Below the pieces are notes generated by a model. The model was not told the origin of the DNA. It worked only from the letters and a program-made list of their open reading frames with translations, and did not search any database. The position numbers were made by a program, and so were the translations under genes. 64,000 nucleotides of DNA from Spirochaetia bacterium (GTDB lineage: Bacteria; Spirochaetota; Spirochaetia; CAKZLE01): NCBI GenBank assembly GCA_963677595.1, contig OY782041.1, positions 2,784,001-2,848,000 on the forward strand. The letters are read 5' to 3'. The stretch's first letter is position 1. Every line of letters begins with the position of its first letter. Of this stretch, positions 17,162 through 27,819 are shown in pieces.

Positions 17162-17605
17162 CAGCCCCTTCTCTGCTGCTGCCTGCTCACGCTTCGCTCC
17201 GACTCTCGCCCCGAAGGCCATACCGATGGCAATCGCGACACCGACACCGACTGCCGTATTCCCCAGTGCCGTCCCGACCCCTGCCCCGAGGGCGAGGCCA
17301 AGTGCAAGGCCTGTGCCGGTGTACTGCTCCCTGATCGAGCCTGCGGGGACGAAGCCGAACTGTCTCTCCACCTGCTTCTGGATCGCGGAGAACTGCTTCC
17401 GGTAAAACCTGGGGGAGGAGCCTTGCACGAGCGTCTTCTCCAGGTGTTCTCTCAGCGGGATGAAGAGGGACGCTATATACTCATCTTCCTGCGGTTCGAG
17501 CTTCTCGATGAGCCGGAGGAGCATCCCGACCTTCAGGCTTCTCTCCCGCTTGTCACTAATCCCCTGGGTCATCTCCCTGATCGTCTCGCCGTATCCTTCA
17601 AGCAT
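17153..17605 (-). CDS. Hypothetical membrane protein with glycine-zipper hairpin
   Basis: GLALGLALGAGVGTALGN...GVAIAIGMAFG; SD AAGGAG. Confidence 0.7.
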   Translation of the reverse strand: MLEGYGETIREMTQGISDKRERSLKVGMLLRLIEKLEPQEDEYIASLFIPLREHLEKTLVQGSSPRFYRKQFSAIQKQVERQFGFVPAGSIREQYTGTGLALGLALGAGVGTALGNTAVGVGVAIAIGMAFGARVGAKREQAAAEKGLLY

Positions 17606-17678
17606 GCGGATCTCCTTGATTCATAGTGGCTGTCAGTATACCATGAACAGGGAAGAACGAGTACAGGGAGGAAGGGCC

Positions 17679-17882
17679 ATGCCGGTAATCAAGTTGAGTA
17701 TCAGTGAATTGGATGAGATGAAAAGAATAGGGTTGATCTCAGGTCTTACGAAAACCGCATCGGAGGTCACCGGGATCCCCGAGAAAAGCTTCATCGTCCT
17801 GCTTGATGAGTATCCTGCGCAGAGTATCGGGGTGGGCGGGATCGACCTGGTGGAATTCCGGAAAGACCAGAACCGGGGCTGA
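17679..17882 (+). CDS. 4-oxalocrotonate tautomerase (DmpI-like) family protein
   Basis: N-terminal catalytic Pro (MPVI), 67 aa, IGVGG; SD GGAGG; lies within ORF-track 17460..17882. Confidence 0.85.
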   Translation: MPVIKLSISELDEMKRIGLISGLTKTASEVTGIPEKSFIVLLDEYPAQSIGVGGIDLVEFRKDQNRG

Positions 17883-17885
17883 CCC

Positions 17886-18275
17886 ATGGCAGGTACCGTA
17901 TACGGGACGTTCGATGACCTGCTGGATATCGCCCCTGATCTGTTGAAGCCGATCCTGGCCGCACTGAGAAGCAGGATCCTCGAGATCGAGCCGGAGGCGG
18001 TCGAGACCGTCCGTCCCGGGGAGCGGGCAGCCACCTACGGGGTCGGGGAGAGGAAGAACACCGAAGGGTACCTCTACCTCATGCCCCACAAGGATTGGGT
18101 CAATCTCGGGTTCTATCAGGGGGTCAGTCTCCCTGACCCCGGAGGCTTGCTTGAGGGGACGGGAAAGAAACTTCGCCATATGAAGATACGGGACGCTCGT
18201 CAGGTCGACGACCCTGCTGTCAGCGATCTGATCAGGGCAGCAGCTGCAGAGCGGAAGGGGTCACTGGGCCTCTGA
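17886..18275 (+). CDS. DUF1801-domain protein
   Basis: VNLGFYQGVSLPDPGGLLEGTGKKLRHMKI. Confidence 0.85.
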   Translation: MAGTVYGTFDDLLDIAPDLLKPILAALRSRILEIEPEAVETVRPGERAATYGVGERKNTEGYLYLMPHKDWVNLGFYQGVSLPDPGGLLEGTGKKLRHMKIRDARQVDDPAVSDLIRAAAAERKGSLGL

Positions 18276-20513
18276 GAGGTCTGCATCCAGGACAATTCTT
18301 CCCTGTATGGTGATCTCCCGTTCGGTCCCCTGGTATCGTATCGTGGTGCGCTTCTCCGTATCAGTGACCAGCACGGCTTCCGTGAGCCTGTGGTCATCCC
18401 ACCTCAGGTCGACAGTTACTCTGCCCCGTGCCCTCAGGCCGGTGACCTGTCCGCAGGACCAGCTGCTTGGGAGGGCAGGGAGGAGGTGGATCGTCCCGTC
18501 ATGGCTCTGGAGCAGCATCTCGGCTATACCCGCCGTCAGGCCGGTGTTTCCGTCGAGCTCGTAGACATTGGCGAAGGAGGGAGCCCCCCTCGTAGGCGGA
18601 TGGATGATCATCCCGTTCGGTTCACGCAGGCCCTTTACCATCTCCATGATATGGAACCAGGCATCACCAGGTCGGTGGAGCCTCGCACAGTAGAGGATGA
18701 GCATGGACCGTGCCCAGCCGGTATCCTCCCATCTGTCATAAGGTTCGAGTTTGTCCTCTATCGTCCGGAAGGCTGCCTCCGCGAGCTCCGGTGTCTTCTC
18801 CGGCGTGATCTGTGAGAAGGGGTAGAGTCCGAGGAGGTGACTGGTGTGACGGTGCTGCACGTCCTCGGCGGGGAGATCATGCTCCCACTCCGCGATCCTC
18901 CCCTCCGCAGTGATGCGGAACGGCGGGACCTTCCCGACCATCAGGGAGACCTGCTTCCAGAGATCCTGATCATACCCATGCATATACGTTGCGGCATCGA
19001 GATAGATCATGAAGAGTTCCCTGATCATCGTATACTCGAAGGTCGTACCGCAGCTCAGGTGAAGCTTCGTATCGGAAGAGAGGAAGCCGTTCTCCGGGGA
19101 AGTCGAGGGACCGCTTCTATAGGATCCCCCCTCCTCGAAGAGGTAGGCGGTGAAGAACCGAACCGACTCCTCGATGATGGGGAACGCCTCCTCTTCGAGG
19201 AACTCCCGATCCCCGGTGAAGAGGAAGTGCTCATACAGATGGGTCAGGATCCAGATGCCGCAGCCCGGTGCGGCCGTGATCGGTGCGGCCCAGTAGGGAG
19301 AAGCGAACCCCCAGGCGTTCGAGACGATCTCGGCAGACCAGCCAGGCAGCCCATAACTCTCCCTGGCGGCACGCTTTCCCTGCGGGAGGAGGATCTCCCG
19401 GGTCCACCGGAAGAGCGGCTGGTTGACTTCTCCCATGCTGGTGACCTCCGAGGGCCAGTAGTTCATCTGGGTGTTGATATCGAGATGCATGTCGCAGGTC
19501 CAGCCGATGCGGCAGGCGACATTGTCATTCCAGATACCCTGCAGGTGGGCTGGAAGCGGGGAATCTTCCCTGCTGCTGGAGTAGAGCAGGTAGCGCCCGT
19601 ACTGGTAGAGGAGCGGGATCTCACAAGCTGTCTGGTCCTCTCCAGACTGCAGGTCGAGTCTCGACCTTGAGAAGAGTCCCGACATCTCGTCCTTATGAGC
19701 AGAGAAGAGCGTCTCGACTTCGGGGAATGAGATACCCTGCAGTCTTGCTTCCAGGGCCCCTGCCTCCCGGATGAAGGCTGCGACGTCACGGGAGAAATCC
19801 GTGATGCAGGAGTATATGACAATACTATGCCGTGTGTCGCTGACCGTACCTGCGTCAGGGTCAAAGACCCCATCGGTGATGATGCGGACCTTCCCGTGGA
19901 GAATGACCCCGGTCTTGCCGTCACTGTGCAAGGACTCGACCGCCTGCGTGGTGAAGCTCATCCCCGAAGCAGTGGGTGTGCAGGTATAGACCGGGCTGTA
20001 GGGGGTGAGGGCTAGCTTGATACTGATCGGGCTCTCAGAGGTGATCTCATGGACGAGGAGGTTGCCTGCAGAGGAGGTGAAACTCCTCCTGCGGACCTCC
20101 TGATTCCCGTACTGGGTAGTGCTTGAGGCGACTGCATCCTGTATATCGAGTTCCCGGTAGTAAGCCTGTGGATCGTGTCCTTCGATCGGGAGCAGGGTCG
20201 TGATGCTGAGCTCCCCGACGGGAAGGTTGGTCCCGTAGTTGTTCTTCCTCCCGATGAAGCCCTCTGCGGCTTCCTCAGCCTCCTGGTACGCTCCCCTGCG
20301 GCTGAGTTCCCGCATCCTCCTGAACGCTTCGGGTGCCCCGGGCTGGTTGTCGGCAGGTGAGGCTTCACCGCTGTAGAAGGTGTTCTCCGAGATGAGGATG
20401 CGGTCCCCTTCCGGGGACCCGAATACCATGGCCCCGATGCGGCCGTTCCCCAGGGGATAGGCCTCCCCGAACCGCGTCGCGGCGGTCCGGGAGGTGAACC
20501 TGCAGGAATCCAT
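18261..20513 (-). CDS. GH95 alpha-L-fucosidase/L-galactosidase
   Basis: PLGNGRIGAM, YGRYLLYSSSR...LQGIWN, DINTQMNYW, HRHTSHL, DGNTG...EMLLQSH...LLPALP. Confidence 0.93.
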   Translation of the reverse strand: MDSCRFTSRTAATRFGEAYPLGNGRIGAMVFGSPEGDRILISENTFYSGEASPADNQPGAPEAFRRMRELSRRGAYQEAEEAAEGFIGRKNNYGTNLPVGELSITTLLPIEGHDPQAYYRELDIQDAVASSTTQYGNQEVRRRSFTSSAGNLLVHEITSESPISIKLALTPYSPVYTCTPTASGMSFTTQAVESLHSDGKTGVILHGKVRIITDGVFDPDAGTVSDTRHSIVIYSCITDFSRDVAAFIREAGALEARLQGISFPEVETLFSAHKDEMSGLFSRSRLDLQSGEDQTACEIPLLYQYGRYLLYSSSREDSPLPAHLQGIWNDNVACRIGWTCDMHLDINTQMNYWPSEVTSMGEVNQPLFRWTREILLPQGKRAARESYGLPGWSAEIVSNAWGFASPYWAAPITAAPGCGIWILTHLYEHFLFTGDREFLEEEAFPIIEESVRFFTAYLFEEGGSYRSGPSTSPENGFLSSDTKLHLSCGTTFEYTMIRELFMIYLDAATYMHGYDQDLWKQVSLMVGKVPPFRITAEGRIAEWEHDLPAEDVQHRHTSHLLGLYPFSQITPEKTPELAEAAFRTIEDKLEPYDRWEDTGWARSMLILYCARLHRPGDAWFHIMEMVKGLREPNGMIIHPPTRGAPSFANVYELDGNTGLTAGIAEMLLQSHDGTIHLLPALPSSWSCGQVTGLRARGRVTVDLRWDDHRLTEAVLVTDTEKRTTIRYQGTEREITIQGRIVLDADLSEAQ

Positions 20514-20518
20514 GGGGG

Positions 20519-21349
20519 CTAGCCCTTGACTGATCCTGCTGTGATCCCCTGCAGGATGTACTTCTGGCCGAGGAGGTAGACGATGATGACCGGGAGTGTC
20601 GTGAGGACGATGTCAGCGAAGATGAGGTTCCACTCGGAGTTGTACTTGCCGAAGAAGTTGTAGACCGCGAGGTTCATCGGCCACATGGCGCTCTTGCTCG
20701 TGAGGTAGAGCGGGGTGATGAAGTCGCTCCAGACCCCCATGAACTGGAGGATGAAGGCTGTGACGAGGATCGGCTGCAGCAGCGGTACGATGACGATGAA
20801 GAAGAGCTGGAGCGGTCCGGAACCATCGATGATCGCCGCCTCGTCGATCGAGAGGGGAATCGTGGCGATGAAGTTCTTGATCACGAAGACACAGAACGGG
20901 ATCATGGAACTCAGGAACACGATGATCAGTCCCATCCTCATGTTCGACAGGTGCGTCAATTGGAGGATCTTCGAGAGCGTGACGTAGTTGATCGGCAGGA
21001 AGAGCCCGCAGATGATGAAGTAGTAGAAGAGGTTCATCTGCTTCGAGCTCCTTCGGTGGAGGACGAAGCTGGCCATGGCCGCGAGCAGGACCGCGATGCC
21101 TGAGGAGACGGTCGAGTAGAAGAGGCTGTTGAAGAAGCCCTGTACGAGCCGTCCCTTGTCGATGACGTCACGGTAGTTCTCGAAGTGCCACTCGGTTGGC
21201 AGCCTCAGGTTGACCCGTGCTGCCTCCCCCTTGGACTTGAACGAGTTGACCAGCACCAGGTAGAACGGGGTGATGATGATCAGGCAGAGGATGATGAGCA
21301 GGACCTGCTTTATGGTCTTATTCAGTAGTTTCTTGGTTTTCGTGTTCAT
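20519..21349 (-). CDS. Carbohydrate ABC permease
   Basis: DEAAIIDGS loop; GITAGSVKG C-terminus. Confidence 0.9.
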   Translation of the reverse strand: MNTKTKKLLNKTIKQVLLIILCLIIITPFYLVLVNSFKSKGEAARVNLRLPTEWHFENYRDVIDKGRLVQGFFNSLFYSTVSSGIAVLLAAMASFVLHRRSSKQMNLFYYFIICGLFLPINYVTLSKILQLTHLSNMRMGLIIVFLSSMIPFCVFVIKNFIATIPLSIDEAAIIDGSGPLQLFFIVIVPLLQPILVTAFILQFMGVWSDFITPLYLTSKSAMWPMNLAVYNFFGKYNSEWNLIFADIVLTTLPVIIVYLLGQKYILQGITAGSVKG

Positions 21350-21350
21350 C

Positions 21351-22229
21351 TTAGTGCTGGACCTCCTTGCGGCTCATCCTGACGACGATCAGGATACCCG
21401 CTATCGTCGATACGATGAAGAGGATGGTGCTCATGGCGACCGAGAGGCCGTAGAGGCCGGTGGCATAGAGCTTGTAGGCATAGGTGGTGACGACCTCGGT
21501 CGCATGGCCCGGCCCGCCGTTGGTCAGGACATACACGATATCGAAGACCTTCAGCCCGTAGGTGATGCCGAACACCAGGTTGATCATGATCGAGCCTGAG
21601 AGCATCGGCAGGGTGATGTACCAGAGCTTGTGGAAGAAGCGGGCCCCGTCAATCTCCGCAGCCTCGTAGTACGAATGCGGTATGGCACTCAAGCCCGCGA
21701 GGAAGATCGTCATGACATACCCCAGGCCTCTCCAGGCATCCACGAGATAGATCGATTTCCAGACTACCTGCAGGTCGGAGAGCCACTTCTGCTGGAGGAA
21801 CTCCAGGTGGAGTGCCCCGAGCCCGACATTGAGGATCCCGTCCTCGTAGTTGAAGACTGCCTTGAAGATCAGCCCGATGATGAGGAAGGGGAGGATCGCC
21901 GGCATGTAGAGGATGGTCCGGTAGAGATTCTGTCCCCGTAATCCGAACTGCAGGAGTATAGCGAGAAAGAGAGCGGGGATGAGCTTGACGACATTCGATA
22001 CGACGGTGAACTTGAGGGTGTTGATGATCCCGCTGCCGTAGCCCTTGTCCGAGGTGAAGATCTCGATATAGTTCTGCAGTCCGACAAAGCTTATCTCGCC
22101 CTTGTTCCTGACGTTCCAGTCGGTGAAGGAGTAGAATACCCCCAGGATACTGGGCATGAGGAAGAAGACGACATAGAAGAAGAGCGGGATGAGAACGAAC
22201 CATAATGGATAGATTGAGCGCTTGTTCAT
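21351..22229 (-). CDS. Carbohydrate ABC permease
   Basis: YEAAEIDGA, LKVFDIVYVLTNGGPG; start MNKRSIY at 22229. Confidence 0.9.
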   Translation of the reverse strand: MNKRSIYPLWFVLIPLFFYVVFFLMPSILGVFYSFTDWNVRNKGEISFVGLQNYIEIFTSDKGYGSGIINTLKFTVVSNVVKLIPALFLAILLQFGLRGQNLYRTILYMPAILPFLIIGLIFKAVFNYEDGILNVGLGALHLEFLQQKWLSDLQVVWKSIYLVDAWRGLGYVMTIFLAGLSAIPHSYYEAAEIDGARFFHKLWYITLPMLSGSIMINLVFGITYGLKVFDIVYVLTNGGPGHATEVVTTYAYKLYATGLYGLSVAMSTILFIVSTIAGILIVVRMSRKEVQH

Positions 22230-22293
22230 GATAATCCTTTTTCCCAAGAGATGGGGGATGACCCCGGGCGGGGTCATCCCGTTAGATGAGATC

Positions 22294-23628
22294 CTACCAG
22301 TTGGAGTCTCCGGCGATCTTCGCTGCCTGGGCGCGGTTCGCGTCCATGTTCTTGAGTACGTCGTTCGCACTCATGGTCCCCTGGCAGAAAGCCACCATGT
22401 CCGCACCGAAGTCCATCCAGAAGTCATTGGTGTACTTGGTGCCTGACTGGAGAACGGGGGTTACCATCAGGTCTGCGGGGATCGAGTCGATGAACTCCTT
22501 CTCTTCCGGCAGCCAGTGCTGGTTGACTGCATCGTCGTTCACGTGGATGTTCGTATAAGCCGGTGAGTTGTCGAGGATCTCCTGCAGGCTCTGTGTCTCG
22601 GTCACGAAGGAGAAGAACTCCTTGACGAGGTCTTCGTTCTCGGTCCCCTTGTAGCCGAACATGGTCGGGCCGGCAGGGTTCGTCGGGAAGTACTTGTTGT
22701 CAGCGAGCGGGATGAGGAAGAGGCCGTAATCGTCGGTCGAGTCCGTCTCGTCCTTGATCTGCTGGATGTAGCTTGAGTTGGCCATGGCCATACCGATCTT
22801 GCGGTCAGCGAAGAGGTTGACCATGTTGGTGCTGTTCGAGCCGATCCAGTCCTCGCCGAAGTAGCCGAGGTCTGAGAGTTCCTTGAACTGGTTTAGGACC
22901 TTCAGCATCGTCTGGTTGCCTGCGAAGGTGGCTGTGTTGGCATTGAGTGCATCATAGAGACCGGGCTGTGCGGCTTCATAGACACCGCCGATCTGGAAGA
23001 AGCTCAGCTGGTGCTGCCACCCGTCTGCACCGGGGACGAACCACGGGGTGATGCCGTTGGAGTCAAGGGCCTTGCTCACGGCAAGCAGCTCATCATAGGT
23101 CTTCGGGGCTGTGAGGCCGAGTTCGTTGAAGAGGGACTTGTTGTAGACCATGACGTACTCAGGTGAGTTGTGCCAGAGCTGGAGGCCGTAGAGGGCATCG
23201 TCGATCTTGCATGACAGCAGCCGTGCCTCAGGTACCACGCTCTCCCATGCCTCGCCTGAGAAGTCGATGCAGTAGTCTTCGTAATCGACGATGACTGACT
23301 CGATGGCGAAGGGGTTCGACTGGATCCAGAAGACATCTGCGCATTCGCCGGTCAGCAGTCTGACCTGGAGCAGGTCGCTGTACTGGGTAGCAGGGATCGC
23401 CTGCAGGTCAACGGTGACATCATAGGTGTCCTCGAATCGTGCGATGGTCTCATCGTAGCGGCTGTCCATCCACCCGGTGGATACGAGGATGCTCAGCTCC
23501 TCACCGGCATAGGGATTGGACGGGGTGCTCTCCTGGGAGCCCCCCGCAAAGATGTTCTGTCCTGTGAATAGTATTGCGCATACGATGAGCGCAAGCATGA
23601 CAGACCTGAAATTAACCTGGTTTTTCAT
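22294..23628 (-). CDS. Carbohydrate ABC solute-binding protein
   Basis: Signal ...IFAGGSQE; YNKSLFNELGLTAPKTYDEL; SD GGAGG before ATG 23628. Confidence 0.88.
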   Translation of the reverse strand: MKNQVNFRSVMLALIVCAILFTGQNIFAGGSQESTPSNPYAGEELSILVSTGWMDSRYDETIARFEDTYDVTVDLQAIPATQYSDLLQVRLLTGECADVFWIQSNPFAIESVIVDYEDYCIDFSGEAWESVVPEARLLSCKIDDALYGLQLWHNSPEYVMVYNKSLFNELGLTAPKTYDELLAVSKALDSNGITPWFVPGADGWQHQLSFFQIGGVYEAAQPGLYDALNANTATFAGNQTMLKVLNQFKELSDLGYFGEDWIGSNSTNMVNLFADRKIGMAMANSSYIQQIKDETDSTDDYGLFLIPLADNKYFPTNPAGPTMFGYKGTENEDLVKEFFSFVTETQSLQEILDNSPAYTNIHVNDDAVNQHWLPEEKEFIDSIPADLMVTPVLQSGTKYTNDFWMDFGADMVAFCQGTMSANDVLKNMDANRAQAAKIAGDSNW

Positions 23629-23663
23629 AAAATCCTCCATATATGATGTTTTTGGATATATAC

Positions 23664-23722
23664 AAGTATAAACCCTCATTCCCAGCAGTCTATGGACATA
23701 ATAGTTCAGTAGTTGTACTTTT
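23664..23722 (-). promoter_or_regulatory. Conserved promoter/activator module, copy 1
   Basis: Near-identical to 31252-31310; includes minus-strand -10 TATACT. Confidence 0.75.
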
Positions 23723-23829
23723 CGGGACACAGAAAGAGCTCCCCTGGTGTGAGCGAGGGAGCCTCAGCATCCCGGACACGGATAAAGAGTTTGACAGCGG
23801 TTTTGTCTTGGTCCTATACTGAAAGGGCT

Positions 23830-25662
23830 ATGAGCGTATCATCCCGTACGAATACCAGGGCCGGCAGGAACAGGAAACTGAAGCTGTCGGTCAAGTTCTT
23901 CCTCTTCTTCCTCCTGGTGTCACTGGTATCGCTCGGGAGCATGGCGATCTTCTCATCAGCCTATTTCTCACACATCCTCGTGGAGCGTGAGGTCTCATCC
24001 TTCAAGGCGCTGACCTCCTCGTTCCTGAGCCAGACCGAGAACGAGATCCAGGTCATGGATGACGTCTCGATCAATATCCTCTACAGCAATCTGGTCCAGG
24101 ACAACTTCACCCGGTTCCTCGATTCCGAGTCGGACCGGCACGAGATGTTCTCGAACCTCATCAGTATCTTCGGGGCCTTCAACGGGGCCAACGTGGCTCT
24201 CCCGGTGATCTCGGTCTACAGCAATGAAGGAGAGAAGGTGAGCATCGGGGCCTATTCCACTATGGAGACCGTCGATATGGATACGCTCCCCTGGATAGAG
24301 GGGGTGGGTGAGCATCGGTTCCGTAAGTACATAAGCCTTCCGTATGCATCGACCATGATGCAGAGCAGCAGGAGCGTCTCCCATTATTACATCTCGCTCT
24401 ACCGCATGATGCGGGACCAGCACGGGAGCGATATCGGGTATATCGAGACTGCACAGTATGCCGAGGATGTCTTCAGCAGCATCCTCACCTACCGGAAGCG
24501 GATGGACCCTGACCTGACCGTCCTGGTATTCGACGGGGAGGGGGAGCTCATCTTCCCCTTCTACCAAATCCAGGTTGATGAGGACCTGCAGGAACACTAT
24601 TACCGGACGGCAGTGGGGCATGAGGAGGCACGTGAGGTGAAGAATCCGATCACCGGCAGTATGGAGCTGATCTTCGGGGAGAGTTCGGGGTACACCGGCT
24701 GGACCTATATCTGCGTGCAGGATACCGACGCGGTCCTGGCCCCGGTCCACAATGCCTCGATGATCCTCATGGCCGCGACCCTCCTGATCCTCCTCATCGT
24801 CACGGGGATCTCCTACTACCTCTCAAGATCGGTCACCAGCCCCATCAGGGACCTGCTCAAGACCATAGACACGACGAACATCGAGACGCTCTCCGGTGAG
24901 AAGCGGCACCTGGACTCCTCCTATAATGAGTTCGATGAGCTCAATGACGCCTTCCACGACATGAGCGCGAACCTGAAGCAGTCCATGGATGAGCTGATCT
25001 ATGCACGGCAGCGGGAGATGGAGTCGAGGTTCCTGACCCTGCAGGCACAGATCAACCCCCATTTCTACTACAACTCCCTCTCGAGCATCATCGCCCTCTC
25101 CGAATCAGGGAAGTCAGATGAGGTGGTCCAGTTCTGTACCAACTTGAGCAGGATCATGCGGTATGCCGCGCAGAGGCGGCCGAGCATCGTGACCCTTGCC
25201 ACCGAGATCGAGTATGCCGAGAAGTACCTCTACTGCATGAAGGTCCGCTACCAGAAGAGCCTGAATTATACCATAGAGGTCGACGAGTCGCTTAAGGAGA
25301 CCCCCGTCCCGCGGCTGGTCATCCAGCCCCTCGTGGAGAACGCGATCAAGTACGGTACGGACTGCGCGCCTCCCTGGACGATATCGATCAGGGCCGAGCG
25401 GCAGGATGACGGCTGGGTGATCCGGGTCTGTGACTCGGGGAAGGGCTTCAGCAGCGAGGCGCTCTCGGAGATAGAGGGGAAGATGGCAGCCTGGAATCTT
25501 GAGACTCGCATCCCGGCAGATCCCGCCGCTGAGGGGGGGCTCGGGCTGATCAATGTATATGCACGATGGAGGATCTTCTGCGAATCCTCGTTCTACTTCC
25601 ATATCGACAGCACGGAGACCGGTTCCTGCGTGACCCTGGGCCGGAGAGGTAAGGAGGCATGA
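23830..25662 (+). CDS. YesM-type sensor histidine kinase
   Basis: Two TM segments, HAMP, LQAQINPHFYYNSL, IQPLVENAIKYG, DSGKG, GLGLINV; promoter TTGACA(23791)...TATACT(23815). Confidence 0.92.
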   Translation: MSVSSRTNTRAGRNRKLKLSVKFFLFFLLVSLVSLGSMAIFSSAYFSHILVEREVSSFKALTSSFLSQTENEIQVMDDVSINILYSNLVQDNFTRFLDSESDRHEMFSNLISIFGAFNGANVALPVISVYSNEGEKVSIGAYSTMETVDMDTLPWIEGVGEHRFRKYISLPYASTMMQSSRSVSHYYISLYRMMRDQHGSDIGYIETAQYAEDVFSSILTYRKRMDPDLTVLVFDGEGELIFPFYQIQVDEDLQEHYYRTAVGHEEAREVKNPITGSMELIFGESSGYTGWTYICVQDTDAVLAPVHNASMILMAATLLILLIVTGISYYLSRSVTSPIRDLLKTIDTTNIETLSGEKRHLDSSYNEFDELNDAFHDMSANLKQSMDELIYARQREMESRFLTLQAQINPHFYYNSLSSIIALSESGKSDEVVQFCTNLSRIMRYAAQRRPSIVTLATEIEYAEKYLYCMKVRYQKSLNYTIEVDESLKETPVPRLVIQPLVENAIKYGTDCAPPWTISIRAERQDDGWVIRVCDSGKGFSSEALSEIEGKMAAWNLETRIPADPAAEGGLGLINVYARWRIFCESSFYFHIDSTETGSCVTLGRRGKEA

Positions 25663-25663
25663 A

Positions 25664-26464
25664 GTGAAGAGTCCCTACACGGTAGTCGTCGCCGAGGATG
25701 AGGAGCTGCTGCTCGACAACCTCATCGACAAGATCCACCAGCTTGACCTGGGGTTCATCGTCACCGGCATGGCCCAGACGGGCGAGGAGGCCCTCGAACA
25801 GGTCAGGCTCCACTCTCCCGACCTCCTGGTCACCGATATACGGATGCCGGTCATGGACGGGATGGCGCTGCTCTCCCGGGTCGCGGATGAGTACCCCGAT
25901 ATGAAGTCGGTCATCATCAGCGGGTATTCCGACTTCGAGTATGCCAAGGAGGCGCTCAAGTACCATGTGCATGAGTACCTGCTCAAGCCGGTAGACCGGG
26001 AGGAGCTGAAGAACACCCTGCTCCATATCAGGACGGAGCTCGACCTGAAGAAGGAGGAGCTGATCTCCGAGCTCTCCCTTTCCTCGATCACCACCAAGGA
26101 GAAGGCTGCCGAGGTCCTCAAGGATTATATCAGGGCGAACTACGAGCGGAACTTCAACCTCGAGGACATCGTCTCCCGGATCGACTACAGCCCCGATTAC
26201 GTGACGAAGGCCTTCACGGCCCTCTACGGGATGAGCCCGGTGAAGTATGCCATTTCCCTGCGGGTCCATAAGGCCCAGCACCTACTCTTCCACAACCCCG
26301 AACTCAGTATACAGCAGGTCGGGGAGATGGTCGGCTATGAGGATATCAGCTACTTCAGCCGGATCTTCAAGAAGTATGCCGGGGTGAGTCCCGGGCAGTA
26401 CCGGGAGAAGGAACTCAAGGAGATCCCCGCTACAGAGGATCTTCCCTACCCCGAAGAGCCGTAA
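25664..26464 (+). CDS. YesN-type response regulator (receiver + AraC HTH)
   Basis: AEDE, TDIRMPVMDG, YLLKP; VGYEDISYFSRIFKKYAGVSP. Confidence 0.93.
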   Translation: MKSPYTVVVAEDEELLLDNLIDKIHQLDLGFIVTGMAQTGEEALEQVRLHSPDLLVTDIRMPVMDGMALLSRVADEYPDMKSVIISGYSDFEYAKEALKYHVHEYLLKPVDREELKNTLLHIRTELDLKKEELISELSLSSITTKEKAAEVLKDYIRANYERNFNLEDIVSRIDYSPDYVTKAFTALYGMSPVKYAISLRVHKAQHLLFHNPELSIQQVGEMVGYEDISYFSRIFKKYAGVSPGQYREKELKEIPATEDLPYPEEP

Positions 26465-26471
26465 GCCGCCC

Positions 26472-27794
26472 CTATTCGCCCCCGGCGACCTTCAGCACGA
26501 GGGCACAGTCCTCAGTACGGTGTCCCGTTACCGTCAACTCGATCCCCGCTCCCCGCTGTTCCCAGGAGCATGCCGTCTTCGTATCGAGCGGTACGGGAGT
26601 GCCCACGACATCGGGGATGAAGCGTGTCGAGTCCCCTGCCGGCAGCCCGTCGAGGATCACGTATAGGTCGGAATCCTTTCTGGTGAAGTGTATATCGCCT
26701 GAATCCGTGGCGATGGAGGTTCTCCTGCTGCACCGTGTCCCGTAGATCGCCTCCCCGTTGACGGAGACCCACTTCCCGAGCCCGCGCAGCTTCTCTGCCT
26801 GGATCTCCGGGATGCTCCCGTCAGCCCTGGGGCCGACATTGATGAGCAGGTTCCCGTTGTTCGCCACCGTCGAGACCAGGAGGCTCACCAGCTTCTCCAC
26901 GGAGAGGATGTGCTCCTCCCCCTCGACGGCGTTATAACCGAAGGAGAGCCCCAGGCCTCGGCACATCTCCCACTTTTCCTCCCGGGAGACAGCCCCCGCC
27001 TGGTACTCCTTCGTGCTGTAGTCCTTCCATAACCCGTTGAACCGGTCATCCACGACCCCATCCTCACAGGTGTTGTAGTAGTGCGATAGCAGGTAGGGCA
27101 GCTGCTGCTCCCCGGCGAACGGCCACCCGATATCATTCCAGAAGACCGACGGCTTGTAGGTGTCGATCAGCTCCAGCGACTGCTTGTAGGCATAGTCCGC
27201 ATACTCATAGGTGGGGCAGCAGTTGAGCTTCACGTCCTCCTCGGTGTAGATCGGGTCGTCGGCATACCGCCAGTCGATGATCGCCGAGTAGTAGAGCCCC
27301 ATCTTCAGCCCCTCAGCACGGACTGCCTCTGTCAGGTCCCCGACGAGGTCCCGCTTCGGACCCCGGTTTCCCGCATGGTAGTCGGTATGCCTGCTTGGGA
27401 AGAGGCAGAACCCGTCATGGTGCTTGGTGACCATGACCACGTAGCCTGCCCCTGCTTCTCGGAAGAGGGAGGCCCATTGTGCGGGATCGAAGTGCTCTGC
27501 CTTCCAGAGGTCGGTGAAGTCCTCATAGGGGAAGTCCTCCCCGTAGTGCTCCCGGTGGTATTCCCAGGTAGGTCCTTCCCCCATCTTCAGGGAGTTGTAG
27601 TACCACTCCGCATAGGGGTTATTGCAGAACCACTCCTCGTCGGTGACGACCCCGAGTTCTACCGTCGGGGTGGCGAAGGCCGGTACCGAGTAGAGGCCCC
27701 AGTGGATGAAGATTCCCAGCTTGCAGTCATGGTACCAGTCGGGGACCTGGTGCCCCCGAATAGATTCCCAGGTCGGGACATAACGGTGTTTCAT
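26472..27794 (-). CDS. GH29 alpha-L-fucosidase
   Basis: KLGIFIHWGLYSVP, YAEWY, TKHHDGFCLF, WNDIG, GNLLINVGPRADG. Confidence 0.94.
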   Translation of the reverse strand: MKHRYVPTWESIRGHQVPDWYHDCKLGIFIHWGLYSVPAFATPTVELGVVTDEEWFCNNPYAEWYYNSLKMGEGPTWEYHREHYGEDFPYEDFTDLWKAEHFDPAQWASLFREAGAGYVVMVTKHHDGFCLFPSRHTDYHAGNRGPKRDLVGDLTEAVRAEGLKMGLYYSAIIDWRYADDPIYTEEDVKLNCCPTYEYADYAYKQSLELIDTYKPSVFWNDIGWPFAGEQQLPYLLSHYYNTCEDGVVDDRFNGLWKDYSTKEYQAGAVSREEKWEMCRGLGLSFGYNAVEGEEHILSVEKLVSLLVSTVANNGNLLINVGPRADGSIPEIQAEKLRGLGKWVSVNGEAIYGTRCSRRTSIATDSGDIHFTRKDSDLYVILDGLPAGDSTRFIPDVVGTPVPLDTKTACSWEQRGAGIELTVTGHRTEDCALVLKVAGGE

Positions 27795-27819
27795 CTGTGA
27801 TCACTCCTCGTGTATATGA